Shown: positions 25,573-39,801, counted from the first letter of the stretch. The stretch: DNA of 63,925 nt from Octopus bimaculoides (GCF_001194135.2 NC_068987.1:101227830-101291754), one strand, 5' to 3'. Numbers and translations are program-made. The notes: generated by a model from the sequence alone, not told the origin.

Positions 25573-26695
25573 TATATGTATATGTATGTAGTGTGCGTGT
25601 ATATAAATACACGCACACACACATATACATACTATCTTAATTTTATGGGGTTAGACACCCATCACGCCTGATCTTACCAATCGGTTTCACATAAAGAATA
25701 CCATGGAGTGTTAGGTAACAATCCGATTATATAACTTTACACTCATTAGAGACAGCCGATAATAGAAGCGAATATGGCGGCTGCTCTCTATTGTCAGAGG
25801 TGGATTAGAACAACCGGTCAGTGGCTGCTGTAAAGGAAGTGATGGAACGAAAAAGGGTCCAGAGGATTGGATTAGGAGTTGTGCCCTTTTGTTGTGAAGC
25901 TGGCAAGAGTTACCTGGAAATAAGAAAAGTGTGAATTATTAATGTAATGTCCCTACGGGGGTAGGGTATGTGATATGTGTTTGTGGTATGTGCAGAGGTG
26001 GCATATGTATAATTTTTTCCAGGGGTTTAATTATATATAGCTGTGTTCGTTGGTCTGTTTCCTTTCTGTAAAGGATAAAGTCGTGGAGGTATTTTTCTCT
26101 TATGTTAGCGTGCAGCGTGTAATGTGTGATGTGTGTGTATGGAGTTTGTGCATATGTGTGGGTACAATTTGCGTGATGGGGTATGTATTGGAGGTGTTGG
26201 GGGATAATTATCTGCGGGGTATCTGCCTTAGAGGGGCGTGCGTGGAGATTGAAAATATTATGGGTAATATTTATTCACAATTACATGTGTTTCGTGCGTT
26301 AATAGGAGTTACCCAATTGTATATCTTATGTGTAATATCTTTAATATTTGTAATATTATTTGATTATCTCTCTGAAGAATTTCTAATGATAAAGATCTCG
26401 CATGTTTTCTATACTATATGTACAGTTTTGGAATTCCTATCAACAAATGAAATATACGTCATGGTAAATAAATAATGGAAAACATTTTACCCAATTTTCT
26501 GTTTTGAAATTTATTACTCTGATAAAATATTCTCCAGTATCTTTAACGATTATGCATATCTCACACAAATATAGCATCTCTATACGGATTTAGAATACTG
26601 AAATATTCAGATGTGCTTAAACAGCTCACAGCTTGAGCCGTTACTCTATCTACATAATGTGTGTGTGTGTGTGTATAAATGTCTGTATGTGTGTA

Positions 26696-26833
<138 letters not shown>

Positions 26834-27994
26834 ACATACATACATACCCATATAAACATACATACACGATGCCCTGTTTGCAGGTAAGTTAGCTGAGTAC
26901 GCATTACTAAACGTTTCCCTCTTTCTCTCTTTCTTTTTGACTCTCTCTCTCTCTTTCTCTCTTTCTTTCTTTCACTGCACTTAAGTTGTGAATACTTTCT
27001 ATTTCTATTCGCTCCAGATCCAAAGAGCAGCAGTATTCATTGATTGAATTTTTTTTATTCCCCATTTTTCATCATTCTTATTTTTAATTCCTTACAACTA
27101 TCATAGAGATATTAAAAGTGCGAATAAATTATCCTTAAATATAGTTACATTGCCTTTCAAACCATCTGGTCTGTCTTTGCACGAGTTTAGTACCTTAGAA
27201 AATAAAACGAAAGAAAAAAGAAGCAAAATTTCTTCTGAGAACTCAACCATATATAGACAGCTTCCTTCATTTCTTGACAATTAAAAAGCAGACGATTCAC
27301 TCCATTGCTCTTCAGAGTTTATTGCCTCGTGTATTCAATTCGATAGCATCGAACTTAATATGCGCTGGTTTGAGGCATCAGTTAGATCAATTCTCCTTAT
27401 GTGAGAATTGCTTGTTGGAATGATGCGTCGTTCCCGAGAGGATGCAGTCAGTACTAACTGGTATATGTCAGTATTAACTGTTGCAAGTTAGTTGTTTACT
27501 GCCATTATATTTAAAAAGAGGACTGCCATCATTGGCATCACACCGAAGACTACTCTATTTGGATAACTTGAGGGATTTCAACTAAGTTGTCTATGCTCCT
27601 GAGATTTGTGATCGTTTGTCTATGTTTGAGATCTAATGAATACTAACAATCAGAAGCTGCAAGATTGTAATCGCCCGAATCATTAGAGCGAGCAGAGTAT
27701 ATCGATCGTCTCCGTTTCAATAGTATAAATCATCAAAATGTTAGACTAAAATAACTTTGATCGGATCGTGCTTCAGTGGAATATGATTAACACAAAATAT
27801 AAGTTTCATGGAGTTCGAAACGAGGCTACTCCTATACAGTCATTCTTATTGTGTGTGCGCTCGTGTAATGCATGTGTATTGTGTGTGTGAGTGGGGTGCT
27901 TGACATCAGCATAAAATCCCCGTGTCTTGTGCGTTGAGACACCGCATTAGGCTTTCTGGCAATCACAATCGTCAGCCCTTTATGTTCTCCCCCA

Positions 27995-28390
27995 CGTTGG
28001 GGGTGTTGTGCTCGGCCTATACTTTGAAGTTGTCAAACAAGGATTTTCTAATCATGGGAGTTATTTTTTTTTTCTTTTGGCTGTGATGCAGTGAATAGTT
28101 TTGGACAGTGAGTTGTGGTTAAATACATGATTGTACAAGATCTATTAGCATACAAAACTTGCTCGAAAGCCAGGTTTCTTCGTTGTTTGTCGGCTGTAAG
28201 TATCCAATTTTAGCATCCATAAGGAATCATCGAACCAGTGATTTATGCAAGTTGAATTTCTGCAACTGATTTTGCACACTAAGTTCAGCTTCACCATAGC
28301 AAAGAAGGCCAAGTCTAGTTTCGATCTTTTGCATGTTTACAGTGCTTTCATCGTTGTTCAACTTTTAAGTTGCCCTGTCATTCAAGTGTG
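27995..28390 (-). mobile_element. RTE-clade LINE ORF2 3' relic
   Basis: Minus frames give YGC*NWILTADKQRRNLAFEQ and NHNSLSKTI...RKSLFDNFK, like the RTE motifs LYGCETWTL..D.ERRI.AFE and RHDSLSKTIL...RKSWMDNIK. Confidence 0.65.
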
Positions 28391-29650
28391 TGTTCATTCT
28401 GCCTGGTAATAGTTTCTTTGTTGTAACTTTCGTTATTAATCAGAATCTTATTCGTTATTGAAGAGCCTCCAGATGACTTTTCGAGACTGGTGATCAGTCA
28501 AACACATACACACGCGCGCGCGTCCGTGCGTCTCTGTATCTTTATAAATGCATATTTTATTATGCATGTAAATACACACACGCATATACTCTTACACACA
28601 CACACAAACACACACATATTCTATCTATTTATCTGTATATATATACATATATATATATGGGGTACATAAATGTATACATGACTTTGCATTTGCTTTTCCG
28701 TGGGTATGTCTAAGTATTTCATTTATTTTCATTTCGTGTTCCTCGCTGATGAAGGAAAATTCCTTTTGGGATTAATCCAAAAAGCAAAACCGATTAGGGA
28801 TAACTATATATTCATGAATTTCTGTTAGCTTGCCTTCTTCGTTTCGGCGTAATAATACAAATGAAAATATTTTATTTGGTTAGAAGATTTAGCGTCCATT
28901 TTCTATTTTTCAGCATATTGGTAAAGAATTTTTTTCGTGTTGCCCTTATTTATATTATTTATAATTATATATATGTATATATATATATATATTTGTGTGT
29001 GTGTGTGTATGCATACAGAGAGAGAGAGAGAGAGAGANNNNNNNNNNNNNNNNNNNNNNNNNNNNNNNNNNNNNNNNNNNNNNNNNNNNNNNNNNNNNNN
29101 NNNNNNNNNNNNNNNNNNNNNNNNNNNNNNNNNNNNNNNNCGGAGACGGAGACGGAGAAAAAGAGTTAAAACATAATTATTTGATAGTGTTGATTTGGCC
29201 ACTTTAATGTTGCTGTCCTGACGATACTGCCATTTAACCTCAGGAAGATATCTCTAGCAGATTTATTCAGTGAACTACCCGCACTGGATACTCCTCCCAC
29301 CCTAGCTCTGAGGCCACCAGAGTACGTCGTTTCGATCTAAGAACTGAATATAAAATGTAATGTCAAATATAAAAATTTTACTTTTTATCAATATATAAAT
29401 AAAATACGCATATATGTATACGCATGTGTGTATGGGAGTGTGTGTGTGAGAGAGAGAGAGCGAGAGGGGGGGAGAGGGAGTAAGCGCGTATTCTGCTAAA
29501 AATGATTTCTAAGAAATATAAAAACTACAAGATGTAGTTGGTATTCCTATCCTCCCCACGCTCTGGAAAATTCACTATTCCACGTATTAAATTAATTTGT
29601 TTTACTCAGCTCTATCGTGTCCTTTTTTCTTTCATTAATTCTAACCCGCA

Positions 29651-29694
<44 letters not shown>

Positions 29695-30185
29695 TACATA
29701 ACACACATACATGCAGACATGCTTAAATATAATTACTTACATACACATAAATATACATGTATGTTTGTAATATAAATGTATATTGTGGTGTTAGCATTTT
29801 TTCTACATATAAATAACCTATATGCATGCTAAGATCTGAAGAGATACATCTATTACTGTTCAAGTTTAACTGTTTTATCCATTGCAAGAATGCTAAAAGC
29901 AACCGAAGCTGGAGATATATTAAATCGTTCATGACTTTAGCCATGATTTACCTCTGTAATTAAAATAAAGCTAAAATAATTAATAACAAATATAAACAAT
30001 AATTCAAACGTTAGGAGGTGGGCAACAAAATTATTATAATTGCTAGCCAGATGTTGACGGGTGATAGTTTTTGTATAGTGCTTTGAATATTAATATACTT
30101 TAACATCTGTGCAAGTCATTTTCGAAGTTTTCTTGGTACACTAACCTGAAGGTTAATATCATTCATCTCAAAAAATAAAACACAG

Positions 30186-30621
30186 AATCGCTGAAAATAT
30201 TTTCCCTTAAATTTGCATTTTTTTATAATAAAATTTTAATAATCAAAACAAGAATATAAATAATCTCTAGAAAAATACTATTGACATCTAACATAGTTGA
30301 TATTTATGCCATTTCATCGCAGATATCCAATTAGGTATCTGAATAAAATGTCTAGAGGGCTGAAATTTAATTTTTGTGTTTTGATTTTTAGATTATGAAC
30401 CTCATCTTTAAAAATGCTATATTTTCGATTTAAAAAAAAATTCTTTTACAGGTACTTCATTTTATTGATTCTGGAAATATAAAAGTAAATATGATCTCGG
30501 CAGTATTAGAACTGAGATATTTATGCAATTGTTCTGAGTTCTAATTCCATCGCCAATGTTTTGATTATTAAAATTTTATTATAAAAAAATGCAAATTTAA
30601 GGGGAAATATTTTCAGCGATT
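30186..30621. repeat. 65-bp inverted repeat pair (1 mismatch) about 306 bp apart
   Basis: 30186-30250 versus the reverse complement of 30557-30621; no TSD seen. Confidence 0.9.
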
Positions 30622-32392
30622 GGGCGTAGAGCGGATAGGAATACCAACTACCATCACCAATGGTAGTTTTGCTTATCATCATTCTGCAATCGATGAATTA
30701 TAATATCATCAAAAGGAGATTGATTGCATTGACGATACGATATCAGTGTAATTAGAGATGTTGTGTCTATCCAGAAATCAGAGTTTCTTGGGTATTTTTA
30801 AAATCTACTCTACGTTTCTGTCAGTTCGACGTCTGAAGCAGTAGCAGGTGTTTTATTTCCGCAGGTATTCACTGTAACTGACTGAATTCGAACTAGATAT
30901 ATATATTTCTGAAAAATTTGCAATAGCTATTGTGAAGATAGTAGTGTTATGTATTTTTATAATAGTAATAAGAAAGTATTCTAATGAATAAATTCCTCTT
31001 CATATATGTATGAATACACTACAAGGAAGAAACCGTCCAAACTCGTTACTGATCAGTTTAACTGATTAATGCCAGTTTCGATATGAAGGTATCTTTCGTT
31101 ACTTATTGATCAACGAAATTTTTGTAAGTGTATCATATACATGTATCATATACATGTATATGTGTAACATGAATTTTGCTATCCTTGGATAGCAATTGTT
31201 ATTTCCTATTTGCTTACCCCCAGAAAGTATGAAAATGGTTAATATTCCCTCCATACTTTGCTTTTGTTACATTTATTCAAACCCCAAAGAATCCTTCTCA
31301 ATGCATAGCTATGATACTCCCTTACTACTCCTATTCGTGATCAAAGATGTACATATTGCCAGCCACTAAGGGACATGCTCAAGTGATTATGATCAAGCAA
31401 ATGACATGTAAATCTATGGTATTGAGCAGAATATTTGCTATAACGATATTTCTGCTTCAGCAAGTCAGAGTTGAACATGCTTGAAATGTAATGGAAAATA
31501 GGTCAGTTTCAAAACATTGACGTCCAGGTCACAAAAGCAAAGTCTGAAGGGAATAGTAGTCATTTCTTTTGATTTATAGATATCAGCAAATAAGAAATTA
31601 CAGTCACTGACCCTCCACCCCCCCCCCAAAAAAAATAGATAAAAGACTTTAAAAAATGTTGTTATGCAGTTTTATTTTTAGTATCCAAAAAGTAAATAAA
31701 CTTTATTTCCCAATACATATTTTTCTATTTGAAGTTGTAAAATTGTGAAAAAATCATTGGTGACACTCTCACCAACTTGCTAACACCAAATTAAAATAAT
31801 TGTAGGTGTAGAGAAACAGGACGAAAATTTTGTGTATATTTCGTAACTACAAAGAGGGCGCTAATCACAAAATTTCTTCGAATTGTTACCGAAAACTTAA
31901 TGCTGAATTCACATTTCATTCATTAACCAGGATGGTGGCTTGTATATAGTTCTTCTTCAAATATACGTTGGATCAAATTGAAATAGATACTGATTTCAAA
32001 GGAATATATGAACATTAACACACCTGTTGAGATGTTGAGATGGAAGAAAATGCATTATGTCATAAAAATGCGAAGAAGGGTGATATAATGTAATGTATGT
32101 TTAATAGCTCCAAGGTACCGTTTTGGGAACGTTATGTTTAGAAGAAATGTGCTTCTTGAAATCGATGTTTGATCCAGAACATAGCAAACGTTTCTCACTT
32201 CTCTAATTCGGAACAATAGAAGTGGGTTGTTTTCAGGATTCTTACATCTGTACCGTCGATATTCGTCCAAATATTCTAAAATGATCGAAATATTTACGAA
32301 CGTACGTACAAAAACCTAGAATTTGGTCGGGCATTAGTTCATCAAATAGAATTGAATATTTTAAAGAGAGCTTTTCCTGACAAGCTAACAGG

Positions 32393-32523
32393 CCAATCAC
32401 GTCACCAGCGCCTGTTCTGGCATTGCCAGTCTATATATCATTGGCGGGGAGATGGATCACTACTGCCTTTAGAATTCGAGTGTCCATCATTGACATGACC
32501 AAACAAAGTCGAAATCACGTGAT
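32393..32523. promoter_or_regulatory. Candidate cis-regulatory motif cluster
   Basis: CCAAT overlapping TCACGTCA (32393-32404), TATATAT, ATTGGCGGGG and palindromic ATCACGTGAT (32514-32523) in a locally GC-richer patch with no repeat I recognise. Confidence 0.25.
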
Positions 32524-33699
32524 CTGGTAGTCCGGACGCTGGAGGTGGTGGGAATTTATCTCCTCGCTAGTGATATAAGCAAGAGTGCATTTTGCACCAA
32601 AAAGCCAATATAAGAGTTTTTTCTCATGACATTTACCTTTGTATACTTTGTTCTAACAGAACATCCACGTCTAAGTGGGGATAAATATTACTTTTCCTGA
32701 CAAATTTGAATGTTTATTTCATGACGACATTGATCTCACTTTTATAACTAACGCTTGTGAACAGTAATGTCTGAAATGTTATCGTAGGATAAATAACTAA
32801 GCAGTGCTATGTTTATCAAAGAAGTTAAGTGTAGCTGAATCTAATTATTCAAATATGATATAGCAACAAGCGAAGTCCAACTAATATCTGCAGACTGACA
32901 ATTATACTTACGTATACGGTGATTTATGTCAAAATATCAGCTATATAGACAATTTATTATGGGATGTGAGTGAAATAAATTCTTTAACACATAACTGAAC
33001 TTGTATAGCTTTACTAATTAATTTAACTTGTATAAACATGATTTCTAGAAAATACTCCAGCTGTTTTAAGTACGTACAAGCAAGTATTTAGCCAGAAGGA
33101 GAACCAGGAAAAAAATATTTTATTAAACAAATAAAAGGAGAGAAGTATGGAAGAAAAGAAAAACAATAAGCTCGACAAAACTTACTACTTCCATTTTACA
33201 TCCGGCGACGATTAGATTCTGTCCACAGGTTAAAGAAAATAGAATATTTTCCACTAGTAACCTCATATTTGCAATAAAATCGTATTAAGGATTTTTTTAC
33301 TTATGCAGATGAATGCACAATGAAGCAAGCATTATGCCGAAGCACTCTTGACTAGCAGAGAGAAGGCTGACATATACCTAAAGTCCAATAATTCTTCACT
33401 AACGACAAGATATTTTACGCAGAAACTACGGCTACATAGAAAATATATGAAAGAAGTTGCTTAAAATTGTATCCATGCTGAATAGCTTTATTAATTCCAT
33501 TGCTTTGTATTGACCTTGTAAAAACAATAAATCTGGGGATGCAGCAATAATTATAGAGAAGGGGCAATAATTCGAAAGAAGCTTTTGCTCTGTGTGTGTG
33601 GTGTGTGTGTGTGTGTGTATGTGTGTGTGTGTGTGTGTGAACTCATTTATGTATGTATATACATACGCTTAAAATATTTTAATATAGTTTGGGTGTTAT

Positions 33700-33870
33700 A
33701 AGGCGGCGTGCTTTCAGAATCGTTAGCACGCCGGGCAAAATACTTACCAACATTTCGTTTGTCATTACGTTTTGAGTCTAAATTCCATCGAGGTCGATTT
33801 TGCCTTTCATCTCTTTAGGGGTCGATAAGATAAGTATTTGTAGAGCACTGGGGCCGACGTAATTGATTTT
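33700..33870 (+). mobile_element. SINE main family
   Basis: aggcggcgtgctttcagaatcgttagcacgccgggc head; matches the other copies. Confidence 0.85.
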
Positions 33871-36800
33871 TGTGCCAGAATATGAAATCAATATAGTTTT
33901 GGTGTTATAACGAAGAGAATATGTAAGTACAAAAAAAAAAAACGAAGTATCTCGATGTTGTTTTTTTGTTTTGTTAATTTGTCCCTTATAGTTATTGGCA
34001 AATCCACTTCCAGCTAATAGACTACTCGTGAACATAAATGCCTATCAGTAATTTTAAATAGCTTATCCAAGGAAAGAAAACTGCTTAAAAGCCGAATGGG
34101 ACCAAAATATTCAGGAACTGTAATCTCTGTCTGCTCGTGAAGTGATCGAAATCCATATTGTCAATAGTTATTTTTTCATTCTTCAATTGGCGCTAAACCA
34201 AAAATTTTGGTGGATGAGAATAGACACTCAAATCGACTCCGTCGCTTGAATGGTTTAAATTATATCGACTTACTAAGAATGATAAAAGAGAATGTTGGTC
34301 TCGGCAGGAATCCAGCTGAAAACATAAGAAACTACAGCAAAATTCTGCATGTCTATTTTTGTGTGATGATCTAATGTTTCTACTAATCCATCTACTTTTG
34401 AAGTGAAGCTGTTTAAAAATGAGTAAAGTAAATGTATAAATATCAAAATTATTTCATGTGTTGTACATTGTTGTCGTGACAACATCGAATCTGAATTGAA
34501 ACCATTTAGGTCGTAATGGTGATTCTTCGCCTGTTATATCCGCATTTTCTCTCTGCGGATACATACATACATACTAATAGATGTACATAAATACTTACAC
34601 ACACGCGCGCACACACGCACACATACACACACACACATATACGCTCGCGCATCTATGTGCATATTTGATTGCGCGCATGCATGTTGTGTGCATGTGTTTG
34701 TGCATGTGTTTAATTATATCACACACAAATACACGACATGCAGCATTAAAAACAAAATTATTTTACTTTTGTTTTCGAACATTGCTACGGGGCCTCAAAT
34801 ATTGAATGTCATATTAATTTTAGTTTTATCATAATACAAGTCCCCCTCTCAAATTTAAAACATTGTCTGTACTTTGCATCCATAGCTTAAACGTTCCTTT
34901 TCCGTAATCTCGAATGTGTGTTCCTATTGAACTTTTTTTTAAAAAGCAAAGTAGTCTTACATACCACCCATCGAGTGTATGTAGAATTAAATATCCTGAG
35001 GCTGTAATACTTCATTAGCATAAATTTTATGAACTATAGAATGTTTGTGATTTAAAACGAACAAATAAGTATACAACACACAATGTAGAGTGCTTATACT
35101 TTATCAAAAGTTGAAGTTTCTTGAATCGTTACGCTCGGTTTCACGTTAGCATTTATTCAAACGATTGATTTAATGAATGAGTGCGAAACATTTAAATAAA
35201 ATATTCGTAAACAACTAATCATATCTTCATTGCTAATCATATTTCAATGCGTTTATAAATATTTTTGTTCATATATTTCAAAGTTACCTTTCAACACCGA
35301 TCGTTAGAATAAATGCCGGAGAGAATGTGCGTGAAACAATTTAGGAAAATTCAAATTCTAATAAAATTATATTCCTTTAGAAATAAAGTTTGTGAAACAT
35401 TTATATGTTTACTATCATTATGTTTGTGTAAGTGTGTGAGAAAGGGTGTGAAAAATTCAACCAGCTTATAGTTCAAACTTCTCGGACAGCATACAAGATT
35501 TAGTGAAACTGCGGTCACTCAGTACAAATGAATTAACAGCAATACTTACCAAGAATTAGCCGTAGAAAATTGATTATTTTATTGTATGACTAAGTAAACA
35601 TTAACACATATACAAACAGACACATACGTATATANNNNNNNNNNNNNNNNNNNNNNNNNNNNNNNNNNNNNNNNNNNNNNNNNNNNNNNNNNNNNNNNNN
35701 NNNNNNNNNNNNNNNNNNNNNNNNNNNNNNNNNNNNNNNNNNNNNNNNNNNNNNNNNNNNNNNNNNNNNNNNNNNNNNNNNNNNNNNNNNNNNNNNNNNN
35801 NNNNNNNNNNNNNNNNNNNNNNNNNNNNNNNNNNNNNNNNNNNNNNNNNNNNNNNNNNNNNNNNNNNNNNNNNNNNNNNNNNNNNNNNNNNNNNNNNNNN
35901 NNNNNNNNNNNNNNNNNNNNNNNNNNNNNNNNNNNNNNNNNNNNNNNNNNNNNNNNNNNNNNNNNNNNNNNNNNNNNNNNNNNNNNNNNNNNNNNNNNNN
36001 NNNNNNNNNNNNNNNNNNNNNNNNNNNNNNNNNNNNNNNNNNNNNNNNNNNNNNNNNNNNNNNNNNNNNNNNNNNNNNNNNNNNNNNNNNNNNNNNNNNN
36101 NNNNNNNNNNNNNNNNNNNNNNNNNNNNNNNNNNNNNNNNNNNNNNNNNNNNNNNNNNNNNNNNNNNNNNNNNNNNNGTGTACATTCGTCAGCGTGTGTG
36201 CGTGCGTGTGTAAACGCTGTGTATTTGTTTGTCATTAATGCCTGCTCGGCTATATTAGAAGCTTGCAAGGATTATCTCGGCATCTGTTTGAAAATCAAAA
36301 AACAAAAAAAAAAGTTGATGAAAACTAAATACCTTAATCGCATAAATATTAATTGAGTATGTCTTCAGATTAAGAGAATATTAATATGATGTAAAACAGA
36401 TCTCGATAAAACGATTAATATGAGACTCTTCAGTCAGCTTAACAATTAGCCGCCATTAATAAACATTTGCATGATGACGAAGACAGCAGAAGAGTCTCAC
36501 CGTAAGCCTTCGACCTACTAGAAGAAGCAGCCAACAAAATATTTTTCCAGTCACACATTATTTGCAGGATGTATACATTAGATGGTATAGTCCGAGGTAA
36601 ACTTATAAAGATGGAACTGAGATGATTCTGAGCAAATATATCTGCTCGATTATGTTAGACATGAGTTAAACATTATCAGTCGTCGAGTCAACGAGAGAGT
36701 CAGTATTGCAATGTAACCCGAGCTGCTCGAAAGAGCAAGCACGTTTCTCTCAGATTTTACACTAAAGTCTTATCAATGACACTACATTATTCCACTGAGG

Positions 36801-37784
36801 TGAATAATGGAGAGTTGGGATCTTTTCAGTTTGGCTGACAATTTTCAATCTCTTCAATACCTGGTCGAATTGATTTCACATTCTGAGTCATGATATGGCT
36901 TTATATGCTAATCACTGCTTTGAAATTCATTTTCGCAATAAATCAATAAACAAAGTGTTATTAGGTCTTAAAGTTTGAACACTTTTTGGTAATTTCTAAT
37001 CAATCGTAAGACACAGACACATTCATGCCTGTTTCCATTGTAACAAGCCAAGCATGAGAACTCTTTTGTTTGTAAGATAGCACGTGTTGACAAATATATT
37101 CTGTGCGAAAGAATGTGCGTCGACGCTGTACTCTGTTGGTCGAGAGATGTCCTAAAAATAACAGCCAAATAGGCCTTAAATCATGCCACCCTTAAATCTT
37201 TTTTTTTTGTTTGCTTTTTTTTTTTTGCATAATAGTATAAATTCCTGAGTGTAGAAATACAAATTCGAAAAAAAATTTCTGAAAATTGTAAAACTTAAAA
37301 AAAAATTATGAGGAGTTATAAATCGTTCGTGAAGCTGAAGTCGGTTTATTTACTGTTTTATATTAAAATACGCCACGCATAAAATAAACAGCTACCAAAT
37401 CCTGTATCCTGATTGGGTGAACATTATCAAATCTTAAACCTCGATAACTTTTGAAGAAAATTTTTTCTAGAAAAAGTGAAATATCTCCTGAAATTCAGCT
37501 TGGAAAACTACATTAGTGTAACAAATTTTAAAATTTTAAACAAACTGTGAATTTTCGAATATTAGCAGCCAAACTGAAAAGATCCGAGAGTTTGTAGAGA
37601 GGTAGATATAATAAAGACAACGGTGATAGTTGAAACAGAACAAGGTGTGTCGGTTCTCTTGAAGGTCTTGCATCGGCCTCATTGATCGTCGAGGCAATAA
37701 ACATATTTTGACCTTCTCTGACCGTATGGGTGTGTGACCACTCTTTTGATAGTCCTTGGCCAACATCTCTCTTCGTTTTGTCTT

Positions 37785-38190
37785 TCAGTCTATCCCTAAC
37801 TTGTTCTGGCTCATGGGCCCAGTAGACAAAATGGAAAACGTGTTGCCCCGGAGGATGGCAAGGAAGATGCCTTGGAGCAGCCACTGTGACTCACGGGGTA
37901 CACCATCTCTGACTCGATAGCAGTGAGTAGGGATGTGATCCGGGGGCCGAGAACGCTGAAAGTCCCCTACTGTCAGAGGCTCGACTATAAACCTGTCGGA
38001 GAGCGATCGACACTTTGACAGCTTGCTTTTTCTCAACTTGACGAGGAGCAGAGCCTGAGCTGGTAGCTGAACACACCAAGTTGCCGCTGAAGAAGGTGTC
38101 ACAGCATGTGACAGAACACGTTTGAAAATGTGTCTTCTGTCATTGCTGAAATGAGGCCCTACAAATAAAACGGCAATAAAAACAACCACC
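37785..38190 (-). mobile_element. CRE-like non-LTR retrotransposon 3' relic (restriction-like endonuclease C-terminus)
   Basis: Minus frames give VTCCDTFFSGNLVCSATSSGSAPRQVEKK, KLSKCRSLSDRFIVEPL and PRESQWLLQGIFLAILRGNTFSILST. These match the CRE RLE pattern WD.TC.DT...AE..K..KY..L...F.P and QRIS.AI.RGNA.SIL. Frameshifted. Confidence 0.7.
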
Positions 38191-38674
38191 ACAAAAAGAA
38201 GAGCAGTTAAGGTAACCATGCTTTTTCTCAGTCTTTACAACGACCCTTCTAATTTCAAAATAAGTAAAAAATAAAATGAAGTAAATTAAAATATGTGTAA
38301 TATTTAACTGTTTCATACAACAAATGCTTCATGGAAACCTTAATTTTATTTAGTGATTCATAAATATTTCTTTAGCAACGTAACTGCTCTTTCCGTTATA
38401 TATTTAAGCTAATAGGAGCGATGGCAATTCAAGCTTTTCTATTATTTTAAATTATAAATATTATGAACCAACAGAAATATTTACATGATCTTTTAACCAG
38501 CAAGAATAGGAGCCAAATACTCTACAAATAAAATGCCGCCAACTTATGATATACATAAATGAAATGGAATTCATTGTAGGTCTGCTCTGTCAAAACTAAC
38601 TTAGATAAATATAAAAACCAGCAGCAAAAGTCAAAATAGTACCTATAAGTCTGCAATTCAAATACTTCTGTTTT

Positions 38675-38727
<53 letters not shown>

Positions 38728-39494
38728 NNNNNNNNNNNNNNNNNNNNNNNNNNNNNNNNNNNNNNNNNNNNNNNNNNNNNNNNNNNNNNNNNNNNNNNNN
38801 NNNNNNNNNNNNNNNNNNNNNNNNNNNNNNNNNNNNNNNNNNNNNNNNNNNNNNNNNNNNNNNNNNNNNNNNNNNNNNNNNNNNNNNNNNNNNNNNNNNN
38901 NNNNNNNNNNNNNNNNNNNNNNNNNNNNNNNNNNNNNNNNNNNNNNNNNNNNNNNNNNNNNNNNNNNNNNNNNNNNNNNNNNNNNNNNNNNNNNNNNNNN
39001 NNNNNNNNNNNNNNNNNNNNNNNNNNNNNNNNNNNNNNNNNNNNNNNNNNNNNNNNNNNNNNNNNNNNNNNNNNNNNNNNNNNNNNNNNNNNNNNNNNNN
39101 NNNNNNNNNNNNNNNNNNNNNNNNNNNNNNNNNNNNNNNNNNNNNNNNNNNNNNNNNNNNNNNNNNNNNNNNNNNNNNNNNNNNNNNNNNNNNNNNNNNN
39201 NNNNNNNNNNNNNNNNNNNNNNNNNNNNNNNNNNNNNNNNNNNNNNNNNNNNNNNNNNNNNNNNNNNNNNNNNNNNNNNNNNNNNNNNNNNNNNNNNNNN
39301 NNNNNNNNNNNNNNNNNNNNNNNNNNNNNNNNNNNNNNNNNNNNNNNNNNNNNNNNNNNNNNNNNNNNNNNNNNNNNNNNNNNNNNNNNNNNNNNNNNNN
39401 NNNNNNNNNNNNNNNNNNNNNNNNNNNNNNNNNNNNNNNNNNNNNNNNNNNNNNNNNNNNNNNNNNNNNNNNNNNNNNNNNNNNNNNNNNNNNN

Positions 39495-39686
39495 GGGGGG
39501 GGGGTCTTTGTTTTGCATGATACTAGGTGACGTTGCCGGTGCTGGTGCCACCAAAAGAGCACCCAGAATATTATAATGTGGTTGGCATAAGGAAAGGCAT
39601 TCAGCCATTGAAACCATGCTAAATCAAACAATTAAACTTGGCACAGACACCTCTCACTTGCCAGTTTCTGGCAACGTTAAACACTA

Positions 39687-39690
<4 letters not shown>
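39495..39690 (+). mobile_element. Probable SINE/LINE 3' tail fragment
   Basis: gccggtgctggtgccaccaaaagagcaccc...gtggttggcataaggaaaggcattcagcc resembles a repeat I recall from octopus assemblies; no second copy in the window. Confidence 0.35.
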
Positions 39691-39738
<48 letters not shown>

Positions 39739-39801
39739 ATTATACACACACACACACACACACATACATATATAAATATATATATATTCTTGTGATCATT
39801 C

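Noticed and set aside
25930-26480. 141-aa hydrophobic ORF in strand-skewed G/T-rich DNA
   Set aside because: Composition-driven; probably the antisense of a decayed repeat, with no domain evidence.
28745-28800. CTGATGA followed by hairpins
   Set aside because: The GAAA half and the cleavage site are missing.
29310-29350. GATCGAAACGACGTA on the minus strand
   Set aside because: No 5' core or stem I partner.
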